Positions 1 to 55,200 of a stretch of 64,000 nt of DNA are shown piece after piece. Location: the NCBI GenBank assembly GCA_028534125.1, contig CM052816.1, forward strand, positions 75,580,001 through 75,644,000, read 5' to 3'. Each line of letters begins with the position of its first letter. Position 1 is the stretch's first letter. The stretch is from Lama glama (taxonomy: Eukaryota). A model generated the notes under the pieces. The model saw only the letters and a program-made list of their open reading frames with translations, was not told the DNA's origin and searched no databases. A program made the position numbers and the translations under genes.

Positions 1-2
1 AA

Positions 3-42146
<42,144 letters not shown>

Positions 42147-42156
42147 ACCATCAGGA

Positions 42157-42162
42157 AATAAA
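42157..42162 (+). terminator. Candidate MROH2B polyadenylation signal AATAAA
   Basis: AATAAA 10 nt after the stop codon, followed by T/GT-rich sequence (ggctttttctgt). Confidence 0.5.
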
Positions 42163-43275
42163 CTGCTAGGCTTTTTCTGTAACTGACTCCTGTCTCCATC
42201 CTCATAACTGACGAACCTGCGGCATCTCTAGGAAAGAGATGGCACCTGGGGTGGAGATGTTGAGGGGGTAGTGCATTCCTTACCCTCCAGGGGCTCCCAT
42301 TAGTAAAAACCGATCGCACCAACGCACCTGAGGGGAAACCTGTGATCTGAGTGTGGACAGCCTCGGCTTTGCATAGGCTAGCCTCCAGGCGTGGGAAGCT
42401 TGCATCCCAGTGGCTATCAAAACAGGACAGAACGTGAAACAGTTCTGCTGCCATTAAGAAAAGGACCACTGCTTGTTTCCACACATAGCCTTTTCGTTTC
42501 ACATCTTTGCCAGCTTTGAATTACGACCTTCACTCTTCCCTTTCTAAAAAAATAGTCTTAGAACAAACTTTAACCTGTCTGTTCTTTCTCAAGTTGTAAT
42601 TTATGTTTCGAGACCACGCGGGGTATTTTTCTACAAAAAAACCCTTTCTGACATTCTACTAAATCTCATAGTTTCCTTTCCATTTTTGTCCTAAAGCATT
42701 CCTCCTTTTGAATTGTGTGTGCAGGTGTGCATGTGTTAACCTTCTCCCCAGCATCTGAATCATAATTCTTTACTCTTTTCCGCAATGAACACCTGAAAGG
42801 TCACCTACAGGAAATTATGTACATAAAAAGAAGTTTCTAATGCAGAACCTGGCACTCATTTACAACGTTATTAAATTGATGTATCTCTTTACAAATTCCT
42901 TTTACCTATGTCCTAATCCCTTCATCCTCAAGCTCTTTGGGAAAGCATCTTTTGTTTCTACAAAACCTTTTAGGAACCAAAGGAATCTTTTTGTTCAGAG
43001 ATTTTAGGCCAGAGTCCATTTATTCATTCATGTAACAAATACTCTTTGAGTGCCATCAGTTTATAAGGCACTGTTATAGCCACTCGGCTACAAGTATGAG
43101 AAACAAAATAGAAAAATTCTACACTTATGGAGCTTATATTCTATGACATCTGCGTACAAATTCCAGAGGATGGAGCCAGCCTCCAAGACGGCTCCCAGTG
43201 ATTCTCGCCTCCTGGTGCTGTACTCTCCTTCCATGCTCCATAGAAATGACCTGTGCAATCAACAAAATGGCTCAA

Positions 43276-43403
43276 GGGGCAGGGTGTAGCTCAGTGGTAG
43301 AGCGCGTGCTTAGCATGCATGAGGTCCTGGATTCAGTCCCCAGTAACCCTGTTAAAATTAATAAATAAATCTAATTACCTCCCCCTCCAAAACAAAACCA
43401 AAA
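43276..43403 (+). mobile_element. tRNA-Ala-derived SINE
   Basis: gggtgtagctcagtggtagagcgcgtgcttagcatgcatgaggtcctgg...ataaataaatctaattacctcccc. Confidence 0.88.
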
Positions 43404-43651
43404 TACAATAGTTCAGAGATGAGAGAGTGTGATTTCCAAGGCAAGGTCATAAATGGTATCGCACTCTCTTGAATCACCCACTCTGGAGGAAGCCAGCTGC
43501 TAATATAAGGAAACTCAAGCAGCCCAAATAGAGGTTTGTGTAGCCAAGAACTGATGCCTCCGGCAAACAACCGAAGCTAACTTGCTAGGCTCGTTTCGTT
43601 AATGAGCCACCTCAAAATGAATCCATGAGCCCCAGTTAACACACTGACTGA

Positions 43652-43840
43652 ATTAGGAGATAAAATACTGAATGCCCAGTTGAATTTGAATTTCAGGTAA
43701 ACAATGAATATTTCTTTAGTAAAAATATGTCTTGATTATTGCATGGGACACATTTATACTAAATTATTATTTGTTGTTTTTCTAAAATTGAAATTTAACT
43801 CAGCATCTGGCATTTTTGTTTGCTAAATCTGGCAACTCTA
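43652..43840. mobile_element. MER53-like palindromic hAT element
   Basis: gataaaatactgaatgcccagttgaatttgaatttcag...aaatttaactcagcatc...ctaaatctggcaactcta. Confidence 0.65.
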
Positions 43841-44199
43841 GTGCAATCTAATGAGAGTCCTGAGCCAGAATCACTAATCTAAACCACTCCTGAATTCCTG
43901 AGCCACCAAACTGTATGAGATAATAAATCCATGTTGTTTTAAGCCACTAAGTCCTAAGGCAATTTGCTATGCCCCGGTGGGTAACTATTACATACAGAGT
44001 CCATGATCCCACTGAAGTCAAATGCAAATTTCTGTGTATAATTGCATAGGTACATTTTCTGGGTAATGGCTTTCATTAAATTCTTAATGGAGCAGAAGCT
44101 GTTCTTAAGCATAACACTCATGAAACAGAGCAAGAAAAGGAAGGCAAGAGAAAAGGGTTTAGTTGACTTCTTGGAAGGTTATTTTAAGTCAAATGACAT

Positions 44200-44410
44200 T
44201 TCCAATAGAACTTAGCAATGGTGGAAATATTTTATATCTGCACTGACCAATATGGTATTAAAAACTTAATTCCTCATATTAGACCAGCCACATGTGGCAA
44301 CTGAGCACTTGAAATGTGGCTGGTCCATCTGAGGAATTAAGTTTTTTATTTTAAGTTTTATTAAATTTAAGTAGACATGTGTAGCTAGTAGCTTCAGTAT
44401 CGCACAAGAT
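44200..44410. mobile_element. MER3-like hAT remnant
   Basis: tccaatagaact...agccacatgtggcaactgagcacttgaaatgtggct. Confidence 0.65.
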
Positions 44411-44704
44411 GATTTCAAAACATGGGGCAAAGAGTCATCACAGAATTTGGGCTGAGCCACCCAGAACAACAGAACATTCTCACCAAGAGTCTAAGTTCAC
44501 TGACACAAGACTTTCTGCATATGTCCATCCCCACCATCACTTTCCACCCATCTCGGCAACGAGAAAAGAGACTTCCTTACTACTGATTGGTGGAAATTAG
44601 GTAGAATAGTCACATGAAACACAGATCACAACTGAACCTTTATCTAAGCCCTAATCTTAGAAGGATTCACTGCAACAAGAATATCCAAGACTCATTTTAT
44701 CACA

Positions 44705-44900
44705 TTCCAGCTTCACCCATTTCCAGCCATGTGACTTGGGGAAAACATTTAACCTCTCTGTACTTCAATTTCCACACCTGCAAATTGAGCTACTAATTAT
44801 CTACCTCAAGGTGCTACTGTGAGGATTAAATGGATTAAAACATACAGGCAAAGCACTTAGAAACTTCACACAGAATCATTATTGAGTAAATGTTAACTAT
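44705..44900 (+). mobile_element. MIR remnant
   Basis: ccagccatgtgacttggggaaaacatttaacctctctgtacttcaatttcc...gtgaggattaaatg. Confidence 0.65.
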
Positions 44901-46246
44901 ATAACATAAATGTGAATAATATTAACAAATTTATTATAAGAATTGCACAGTTTAACATAAACTCAGTGATTGGCACCTAAAGCCAGCTGCTGATCCCACC
45001 CCCCACCCATATGGCCGTGTCCCTGGCCCTGGGAATGTGGTGGCCATTCTCGGGAGGCTGATGATAAGGTGGTCTCTCTAGTCTGAAGATCCCACCTTAG
45101 CAGCAGGTAATTCCTGCCCTGACTGCTTCTTACTTACTGCGATTCCTCATCAAAAACTTCTTACTTGCTCTGCTATCACTCAGAGTAAGCCAGGCGAGGC
45201 TGGGTGACAGGAGAAATTTAGATCTACTTGCTCTCCCCAACATTTATTTCTATGAACCCCTCCCAACCACTACTGTTCACTCTCAGAGAGTTGCCACTAG
45301 CCCGTCTTGGTGCCTGTCAGTCCTCCAGTGGCCCCTTCACGGTTCATCTGTATGGTTAGATCACAGGCATGTTACTCAGGGCAGAAAGACTTCTTGAGCG
45401 TCTCAGGGAACTCGAGTCATAGAAGAAAAGGATGGTCGAGTACTCTTGAAGAAATTACAGATTTGTTTTTCAGCCTTTCTCCCATTGCTTGCCTCTCTCT
45501 TATTTGCACATGGAATCATTTTTCAACTTGTGTTTACTTTAGGATAGAGATTCTGTGATGTTCACAGACTGCTTAATGGGCTAGCACTGCTTGGAAGCAC
45601 TCTGAATCACATTATTTTGCAATTCAGTACTCTGCCCTCTAACCCAACAGAGAGAGCCCAGTGTTCTGCTGGTAAATCAGGGACGTTTAGCTTGGCTGAC
45701 CCTGCTAAGAAGGAAGTTTTACCAGAAAGGAGGAGAACAAAATATCCCAGATGGGAAGAAAGAAATAGGCTCCCAGAGAACGAAGCCATGGGGATTGCTT
45801 AATTGGAATTGTCCTGCACCTCCATAGTTTTAAAAGATAAAATAGAAGACCAGGCGCATCTTCTGGGGCCCTCCAGAGACTCCAAGATTACAGCAAAGAT
45901 TATCTCACAGTGTTCTATTATTACTTGATGTAGTCCCAACCCCACCACCATCCTTCAGATTAACCTAAGCAGAGACCTGGAGAACGCACATCAGTGAGAC
46001 GTGGTAGCAACAACCCCAGAGCTCATCAGGGGCCTTGATCTACGCCCTTGACAGAGAGCAACTCTCTGATGAGCAATTTTCTATAGCTGCAGGCTGGGAA
46101 TTATCATTTCTTGGCATTTCTCTTTCTTTCAAATTTATTGCAGGTATCCCCAAAACTGGGCCAATAGAAAACACTGTTAGAGTCCAGAGCCACACGAGGG
46201 AAGGACGGTGGGATTCATCGCAAAAACTTACATGTCTCTGCCTGTG

Positions 46247-46281
46247 TCTGGGTCTTGGGTCTGGGTCTGGGTCTGGGTCTG
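46247..46281. repeat. (TCTGGG)n short tandem repeat
   Basis: Seen directly; explains the GSGSG/DPDPDP peptides in the ORF track. Confidence 0.85.
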
Positions 46282-48140
46282 TATGTATAAAAATCGCCAA
46301 GTCATGACCTGAAAAATGGCATTTGCTTCTTATCTCTACTTTGTCAAACTTTATTTATCCAACAAAACAATCTTACTTATTTGTATTCCTTCTGGACACA
46401 CTGTCCTGGATTTTATTTATTGAATTATGTGGTTATCCTGAAAGCAAGATAAATTTGGAGAACAAATTTTCTAAATACATGTGACTCATAGCTTCTTTTT
46501 TGATTTGGGAGCCACCGAAAAACACAAGATAAGAAATCCTTCCTTCTGCCTTACCTACCACTTCCTCCAAATAGTCTCAGAAGTAAATCCCGAGGATTAA
46601 CTTGACCAACGTTCTAACACCTCAGCTGCACAGTGGTCAAAAAGAGGCTCTATCTTTTTTTTTGTTGTTGTTGTTAACAGCATGGATTAAATATTTATTG
46701 GTATGGTGATTAAATCACATTGCAGTGTATTTCCAGGAAATGTTTTCTTGATTTCCCTGCCTACTAAAGCCATGGGTTTTGTTTTGTTTTGTTTTGTCCC
46801 CCCCGGCACTCGGTATCTGTGCAGAGAAGAGCTTCCTGACTTAGGGTTCAGCTGGAACCCTTCATTCACTGCGTCATGGTGCGTACTTGAGTTGCATGTG
46901 ATCTGATAACACACCAGCCCTGAGACTTTCATCCTAATCACTTTCTCCTTAGGATGTCTGGTAGGACTTTCCTCTGATGAGACAATTCCATTTCACTGCT
47001 ACAGAAAATTCCTTTGGCCTGTCTGTGTTCCCAGCCAACTTGGTTGGCCAATCACTCCGTAATGGACCCTCATTCAGCGGCAAGTTGGCTTTATTCTTTC
47101 AGTCAGTGCTTCTCCGTCTTGAGCATCAGTGATCGGTTATAGGCCTGAGGGCCCTCCCCCAGAACTCAGCACCAGTCCCCTCTCGGAGGGCTGCCTGGAA
47201 ACAACAATGATAACAGCACAGTTCTTTATGTTTTTCCTTTTACAGGAAATTGTCCTCAGCCTGTGAATCGAAAAGAACATTTTATTTTTCTTTCTTCTGC
47301 CTACCTTCTCCCTTCAGCCCACCCCTTCTGAAACAATGACAGTCTTGCCATCTGGTCTTCTTAACCCTTGGCTGAAAAAGCAAAATTTTTACGTGATTGA
47401 TGTTTTGAGTATAAATTTGGAGCTTGGCCTGACAGGAATAAATAAAAAGACAAATTGTAGGTGCTTTGGTTGTCACAGCAGGGACTCCTATCACACCATC
47501 AGCCTTCCCATCCCCAAAGGAGTGAACTGCCTGAAAGACCGAGGTAATTGAAAGGCATGCAGACACCTCTGGTTTCTCAGATATTAACGGAAATTGCCTC
47601 CTACTGCGGCTGCTTTCTGGCTCAGTGTTTTCTGCTTTCTCTTTCTGCTTTCAGTGTTCTGAGAGAGAACAGTTCATTCCATTTCTAGCTAAAGTATTAA
47701 TATTCTTTAACTAGTCTATCAAGGGAGAAAAAGCTCAGTGGACTGGTAGGTAGTAGGATTAATGTGGCTGCTCTATTCTGTTGCTTCTGTCCTGAGAATG
47801 CTCCAATCTCCCCCCCCCCTCTGTCCCTCTCTCTCTATCCCTCTCTCTCTCTTTTCCTCTCTTCCTTCTCCTTTTCATTTTTCTTGTCTCTCCTCCCCCT
47901 CTCCTACCTCAGAGAAAGAGTTGTAAATACACCTGAACACCCAAGAGTATGTTGCACCTTAATTTATCTTATCTTCAAGTTTATGGTGGCCACCCTCACT
48001 AGCTGTTATGTTCATCTTACTAATAATCCAGATGCCTATGGTGGGTCAGCATGGGTGTGAGTATGGGGGTGTAAGTTGGGTAGGTATAGGAAGAAAATAT
48101 AGAGCAAATGATAAACTGTGGGGTTCAAAAAATATTGATT

Positions 48141-48177
48141 AATACACATACTTATCTTAGCCAAAAGGAAAAGTGAT
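48141..48177 (-). pseudogene. U2 snRNA 5'-end fragment
   Basis: Minus strand atcacttttccttttggctaagataagtatgtgtat vs U2 atcgcttctcggccttttggctaagatcaagtgtagtat. Confidence 0.55.
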
Positions 48178-48225
48178 TAACATTTTACACGCAGACACAT
48201 AAGAAGCTATTTCAGGAAGTATTGG

Positions 48226-48579
48226 TGTGAAGGAAAAGCCAGGCTGGGCCTACTCGTAAATCTAAGTGTAACAGGTGTCAATTACTGATCTGAGTTCTGC
48301 TGGGCCTAACTCATAAATCTAAGTTTAATTAGTGTTGGTAACTGATCTGTTCTTATTAGAAAAGTTCTAGTTTACTGATTCCCTGCTTCCCTTTTGTGAT
48401 ATTGCTGAGCTGTTTGTGCCCTTTTGGCTGCGCTTATAATTAACCCTATAAAACCTCACACACACGTCTTGAAGGTGCTCAGAGCTCCAGAGCAGAAGCC
48501 CTTCTGAGCCCACCGGCTCAGAGTACTCCACCCCTCCGAGTGGTGCTTGTTTCTTGGCTGGTCTGTTGTTTCCGTAACA
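48226..48579 (+). mobile_element. Solo ERV LTR (ERV1-like)
   Basis: TG...CA termini, 4-bp TSD ttgg, tandem about 50-bp U3 repeat, TATAAAA at 48447. Confidence 0.75.
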
Positions 48580-50099
48580 TTGGGTGAACCAGCTTCTCAG
48601 CACCTACTTAACAACAGGATGGGCTCACAAGTCCCACGTGAAGCTGGGATTAGCCATGAGCTGCCCAATTGAGAGGGGGAGCCCTCAATCAAATTAGCCA
48701 GTTACCTGGCTCGTTGCTGGGCAGGCGACTCAGGGCTCCAGGAGAGAAATTTGTCAGCTAGTCCACAACCTCACCTTACCCCATCTGAGTACCAAGAACC
48801 CTCTCTCTGTTTCAAGGGGATTACAAGCATCCTGGACTGTTGCTGGTGGGAGGGAGGTTACATACAGAGCAGTTAGGATGGGGCTCAGTAAATCTCAGGG
48901 CAATGATAAGCAGCATTTCTGTTGGTCAATTATCAGGAAATGTGTGGAGTCACAAGAAGGCACATTCCGCCACAATTAGAACTTCCAAAGCAGTTTCTCT
49001 TCCCTGGATGATGTACAGTGTCCACTTAAACTGTGAGTGACGTTCTGTAGGATGTGGCCTGTCTCCCATGTAGCTCCCTGATGCTGGTTAATGCACCAGC
49101 CAATTCCTTCCTCTCCTTCTGTCCGCCACTAGGTCCTGATGACTTTGACTTCAGCACTTTCTGTTTTCTCCTCCAAGGCTAGAGCCCAGCCCAGCACAGG
49201 TTTGAGGCAAAGAGCAGGGCAGACGGGGAAATGCTCACAGTCCCTCTGTTCTCCTTGCAGTCTATTTTCATAACATAAATAATCCTCCCAGCTTTCCTCA
49301 AAGCCTTCTCTTTAGATATTCCAGAACTTATTTTGGAAGTTTCAAAACATTTTCAAAGACAATGTTGAAAGTAACTTTCCTCTTGCAGTCCTGCTGTCAC
49401 GATCCCAATTCTCTTATAGACAATTGTGAGTGTCTCTGTCTAACTAGAGGAGAGGCCAAGTATAAGGATGTTTAGAAAAGAATAAAAAAAAAGGCATGAA
49501 ATTTAGTATTTCAAGACAGAATCTCTCTGCAACCTCATTCACTGGTCCTTTCCTTCTCCACCAACTACTCACCCAGCCCTTCCTTCTCCTTCACTAATTC
49601 TGTGAACTTACTTCTCAAACCTCTTAGTTGTCAAATCTGCTAATTAATTTTTTTCATTCAGACCTCATTCTCTTACAGCATTGATAATGCTGACCATTTC
49701 CTCGGTATTAGTTAGGAAAGGAGGGTGGCAGGACATAAGTAGTACACATTTAACTTCATGTAGCTTAAGATGAAAGGAGAAATTTGGGGAAGGATACTGA
49801 TCTATCTCCTCCCAAATAAATTATTCGTTCAACTCTTTGTCTCAAGGTCTGCCTCCAAGCCTGGACTTTTCAAACCTATCCCCCCCACCCAGGGTAGAAA
49901 GTAACCCCATAATAACCTTTAACAAATGCAGTTGACCTCTGGATTGTCTGGATGCTGTTGTCTTCAATCAATTTAAACTTGCCTTCTTCAATCAATTTAA
50001 TATGTAACTTCCACATATTATATCTGGATCTTTCCTCAAAGGACAATTTGATATATAAAGCTGGACCTAGATCAGACTTAAAACTTCAGATAGGAACTT

Positions 50100-50870
50100 A
50101 TAGGTACTGCCATTATGGAAAACAGTATGGAGGTTTCTCAAAAAACTAAAAATAGAACGTATAATCAAACAATCCCACTTCTGGGTATTTATCCAATGTA
50201 ATTGGAATCAGGATCTCAGAGACATACCCGCACTCCCAGGTTCATAGCAGCACTATTTACAGTAGCCAAGGTAAGGAAATAACTTTAGTGTCCATCATCA
50301 GATGACTGGATAAAGAAAATGTGTATACATACAATGAAATGCTATGCAGCCTTAAGAAAAGAAATTCTGCCATTTATCCCAACATGAAGAGACCGGAAGA
50401 ACATTATTCTAAGTGAAATAAGCCAGACACAAAAAGATAAAAACTGTGTATTCTTACTTATTTGAAGTATCTAAAATAGTCAAATTCATGGAAGCTGAGA
50501 GTCGAATGGTGATTTCCAGGGGCTAGGGGTTGGGGAGAATGGGGAGGTGAAGGTCAAAGGATAACAAGTTTCAGTTACACAAGATAAGTGAATTCGAGAG
50601 ATCTACTTACTACACAGCTCAGTGCCCAAAGCTAACAATACTCTGAAGAAGGAAGTTCTTATGTTAAGTTTTCTTTTTTTTTTTTAAGTTTTCTTACCAT
50701 TATAAAAACAACGATGAGGGTGGGAGGAAACTTTGGGAGATAGCTGGATATGTTTATGGCCCTGATAGCAGTGATGGTTTCACAGAGGTATACTTATCCA
50801 CAGACTCACGTACAGCTCTTTACATGTCAATCATACCTGAATAAAGTAGTGTAAAGAATTTAAAAATATT
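50100..50870 (+). mobile_element. L1 (L1MA/MB-like) 3' fragment
   Basis: ccattatggaaaacagtatggaggtttctcaaaaa...gcagcactatttacagtagccaag...tacatgtcaatcatacctgaataaa. Confidence 0.85.
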
Positions 50871-50957
50871 TTTTTAAAAGCACATTAGCTATTCTTCATG
50901 GAAAGATTCCTTAAAATTAAACATAACACAGATTTTTCAGTTTCAAAGGACAATATC

Positions 50958-50975
50958 TTTAATGAGTTTTTTAAT
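50958..50975 (-). terminator. Candidate C7 polyadenylation signals (two ATTAAA), implying a 3' UTR of about 1.07 kb
   Basis: Plus-strand tttaat at 50958-50963 and 50970-50975; minus-strand downstream sequence is GT/T-rich (ctgtgttatgtttaatttt). Confidence 0.45.
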
Positions 50976-52018
50976 CAGTCATTTAAACTAAAGTTTTGTT
51001 GAAATATATTTATCAGTATCAGAAAAGTACAGATATTATTTATATATAAAAGCACATTTTTAAATTCCATTGAAGCCCACTCATTTCACCTCCCACAGCT
51101 GCTATTTTGTTTTGATGAAAGATGAATAGGGAAGAAACAGAAGGCTAATGCTTCAGGATCTACCTGTAGAGCCCCCTGAAAAATAGTTGTGTGTCCCCTT
51201 TAGAGAACATCATTCTCCCAAATACGCAATCCCTCAATAGCTGAGGCATGAATGATGCTTCCTACAAAAGCAGAGGGGAGGAGGGGGGCAAATTGCAGGT
51301 CTTGTGTTCGGCACACACTAAAGAAAAGCCCCAGACAGAAGCCTGAATTGTATTTGTTGTCAGACAAGAAGGTAGAAGGTGCCCCTGTAACCGTAATGTG
51401 ATGAATCTCGCTCTGACACGACCACGGTTCAATCTCCTGACACATTCGCGATCCCTAGGCGTGGTGCTTGAGTCAACAGGGTGAAGTCTGAGATTACCTC
51501 TTGGGATGCAATAATCGTATCTGACTTTTTCCATTCAAGGTCCCCTTTGTATTTGGTTTTAACTGAGGGAAGCCAGCCTCTCTAATCTTTCTGTTTTTCG
51601 AATCAACGTACAGAGTGTACTCTTGCCCAAGGGCAGAGTCAATCATACTTAAAAAGAATCACAGAGCATTCAGATTTCTCCAGTCTAATCCTGTAATTTT
51701 CAGATTAAAAAGTCAAGGGCGAGAAAAATTAGCAATTTTTCCAAGAACACCCAGTTAGTTCCTGCAAAGGTTCATCAATATCCTTCATCCTAACTGACAT
51801 TTTAAAAAAAAGAAGAAAAAGAAGACCTGGATTCAGATTTGGGAGAACAAAGGTTTGCGTGATTATGCAGGCGGCTGGGAATTGGGAGAAATGGACCCCA
51901 GGGCAAGGACGAAGAACGTGCCTGCGCGCTGAGAAGCTGTCTGCGGGCCGGTTGTGCGGAGGTTTCCACTCGGCCACAGCGGCTGGGGGACTCCGAGCAC
52001 GGCCACGGGCACCGGGAG

Positions 52019-52200
52019 CTACGGGGCTTCGGTGGCGCAGGGCCTTATGCTGGTGACGGAGATGCTCTGCCCTCGGCATCTCAGGACCCCGGCCTCACAC
52101 TCCGTCATCGTCCGCTCCCTGCCGTTCACATCCACGCAGACACTAAACCCTTCTTCCTCGCACTCCGAGGCGGCTCTGCAGACACATTTGCTGCTCTGGG
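52019..52200 (-). CDS. C7: C7 terminal coding exon ([14 protein letters not shown]...PCATEAP*), FIM2
   Basis: Minus-strand ttgcag| acceptor; TAG at 52021-52019. Confidence 0.93.
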
Positions 52201-55200
52201 CTGCAATAAGAAGCAAGAGAGGCTTGAAGGCACATCGCAGAGGTGGGAGAGGCAAGGCGCGTTCCATCCAAAGTCACGATGCGGTGGTTGGAGAGCTTTG
52301 GACGCTTCTGCCTCGTGTGACACAATTGACCACACACCCCCACCCCCACCCCGCCCTCCGGGAAAAGCAGCAGGACCAGGAAAGGGAGGCATTTCGCTCC
52401 ACTCAGAATAAGCAGCTTTTGAGGCTGGAGCCAGGCTTCCTACCGGACCCAGGGGGGCGGTTCTCTTCCCCTCATGAGCTCTCTACCTGCTGCCCAAACC
52501 TGGTGTGGTCCTTCAGCGCCCAGACCAAATGCGGAGACCTCAGCAAGGAGCTGGGCAAAAGGCTCAAACAGGGAGACAAGAAAATAATTCAACTTGCTTT
52601 TCTGGGGGGTGGGGAGGGGTGAATTATGGATTTTTTTTTAATTGAAGTATAGTTATTTACAATGTTGTGTTAGTTTCTGGTGTACAGCATAGTGATTCAG
52701 TTATGTATATGTTCCTTTCACACTTTTTCATTATGAATTATTGCAAGATATTGAATATAGTTCCCTGTGCTATACAGTAGGACTTTGTTGTTAATCTATT
52801 TTATATATAGTAATTAGTACCTGTAAGTTTTCTATTAAATTATTGGAATAAAACTTGCTTTGAGAGAAAGGGCAGGAATCACAAAAAGCCTCAGATCTGG
52901 TAAAGACCAACCAGAAACGAGTTGGAGAGGAAAGCGGTGTGTGCGCAGAAGATGTGAGGCTGGAATACCAGCCAGGTGTCCCTAGAAGAAAGGTAGCAAG
53001 GTCAGCCAGCCGAGTGTGGTGACTGCCAAACCAGAAGTGGCCCAGACGTGGCTGGAGTGGCACGTGTCATCGTCTCTAGAGTGAGGGAAGAGGTGCCCGG
53101 CGGGGACCAGCCGGGAGGGGGAGGGCCTGAGGAGCTGGCAGAGACCTTGCAGATCGCACAGTCCAGCTCCCAAATTTGCAGATGGGGAAACTGAGGGCAG
53201 GGACTTGGCTCCAGGAACCCCGCTCTTCCCCCTCGGTAGTAAAACCCAAACCCTGAGAGGTGGAGCAGCTGGTGATGGTTATCAAGATGGCTGAGAGTGT
53301 TGCGTGGACACAGCTCCAGCAAATACTGAATCACAGTCTGAGAAAGCAGTACCTCTTTTTCTCTTCTCTTCACATCCTTCTGAGTACTTCTGGGAGAAAG
53401 TGTCAGCTTGGCATTGGAGTGCTTTCAACATCCCCCAACACTTGCTAACAACCTTTATCACAAAGAAGCATCATCCCCCAAACTTTGAGCAGCATCTGAC
53501 TAGTATCACCAAAACTCGTTTCATTTCATTGTATGCATTTTTATGGTCACCCAATATTTATGACAAGTGATATTTCCTGTTAAGGATGTGATAAAAACTT
53601 CCTTTTTTAAAAAAACTGTTATTTTTGTTATTTTTGTGTGAGTCTGTTTTTTCAGATGAGTACAGTATGGATAATACCAGGACAGAACAAAAATCATGAA
53701 GGTGGAACATAATGTTTGGGAGAACATTCAGACCCTCAGGGAAGGTTCTTGATCCATTCCTCTCCCCAGGGAAGGCAGTGGGAAAGGACAGTTCACTCTC
53801 AGACCAGCCTCAGTCTTTGACATCCTCAGGGATCTGCTTTGATCTGCTGCCAAACTAGAAAGCTGCATTTCTGAAAACTTCACTATGACTTTAGCATTAT
53901 TATGGTTACAAATATGAAATGCCCCTTACCATCACATTTCCCCCATAGTGGACACACTCCGCAAGCTTTCTCAGCTGAGGCAGGCAGAGTACAGCTCTCT
54001 CTACCAGTAACGGTGTAATTTCTCCCCTGACACTGGAGAACGTGCATTTTGCAAACGGTCAGAGGTAGTATCCTTTTGCTTCTCTCGTCTCGAGCACATA
54101 CATCCAAGGAGGATCTGAAATAAATGTTTTAAATTACTTTTTTTAACAAGATTTTCATTCTTCAGAGCTGAGGATGAGAAGTAAAAAGGGAGGCTTTGAG
54201 CTCAGAGCCTCCAACGTTATCACCCAAAGCAAAACAATGAAACGGAAAGGCAAATCCCCTTCATTACTCCAGCCTGACCCCCTCCAATCTTCAGAATGAA
54301 CATATTTTGCTCTTTATTTGCTCACAATTTTTACAAGCTTAGATATCTACTGTCGATCTCGTTTCATCTAGAACAGATCAGATACAGCAAATTAGAAGAG
54401 AAGGCAACGTCTGCTAGCAACAGCTGATGGATTGAGAACAAAGGAGACAGAAAATCAGCAAAGATCAAAACACTCAGAGACTTCTTAGTCAAGTGGCACC
54501 ACTGACTGCGGGAGAAAGTAGCTCCTTCCAGCCCAGCAGCCCTGAGAGTGCATGTCCACGACATTATCCACAGTGATGACTGAATCCTCAAGGGAAGATG
54601 AACTCTATTTTTCAATGCCATTTTTAGAGTATCTATGTTTGCAAAATAGTTCAGAAATATTTCCATAAAATGTGTTGCTTTTTTTCTTAAGCATTGGTGC
54701 TAAAATAGTGCCAACTATCTGAAATGTCACTAACTAAAACAACCACATTTCTGAATGCTGATGGATAAGGAAGCCATTACTATAGTGAAACCTTAGACAA
54801 GGCTTTTTTTTTTTTAAGAAATTGCACTTTTTTCTTAAATATTGGGGATTGAACGCAGGACCTCATACATGCTAAGCATACACTCTATCACTGAGCTATT
54901 CCCACCCCCAAGGCATTTTTGAATAGCAGACAGAATCTATATTTACTTATGTATATGTCTAGCTCTAATATTTTCTTCTCTGACCAAGAGCTAAATTTAC
55001 TTGGACATTTACATAATAGAAACAAATCCTTGTACCTCTTTTTTATCTGTTTATTTAAACTTTCAATAGAACGACTCAGGTTAAAGGGCAGAGACCTTAC
55101 AAGGTCACCTACCTTGTTATCAGTATTTGTTAAGAAAACTCGTACCAGGTCTATAAACAACAGGGTGCAGATAAACTAAATGAATCAGAGAAGTTGGAAA

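Larger units (their letters stand above)
43168..43992 (+). mobile_element. MLT1-type LTR interrupted by a SINE and a MER53-like element
   Basis: gcctccaagacggctcccagtgattctcgcctcctggtg...gagataataaatccatgttgttttaagccactaag. Confidence 0.75.

Noticed and set aside
43276..43352. Apparent tRNA-Ala(AGC) gene
   Set aside because: The T-loop/B-box is mutated (gattcag), the acceptor stem does not pair, and a SINE tail follows. It is one of six dispersed SINE copies.
46035..46307. ORF containing LDREQL, as in MROH2B exon 41526-41591
   Set aside because: Only six residues match, synonymous positions differ and flanks are unrelated. No evidence of exon duplication; the GSGSG stretch comes from a (TCTGGG)n repeat.
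51954..52622. 222-aa + strand ORF, the longest in the track
   Set aside because: It is the antisense shadow of the GC-rich C7 last exon and intron, starts at GTG rather than ATG, and has no recognisable domain.
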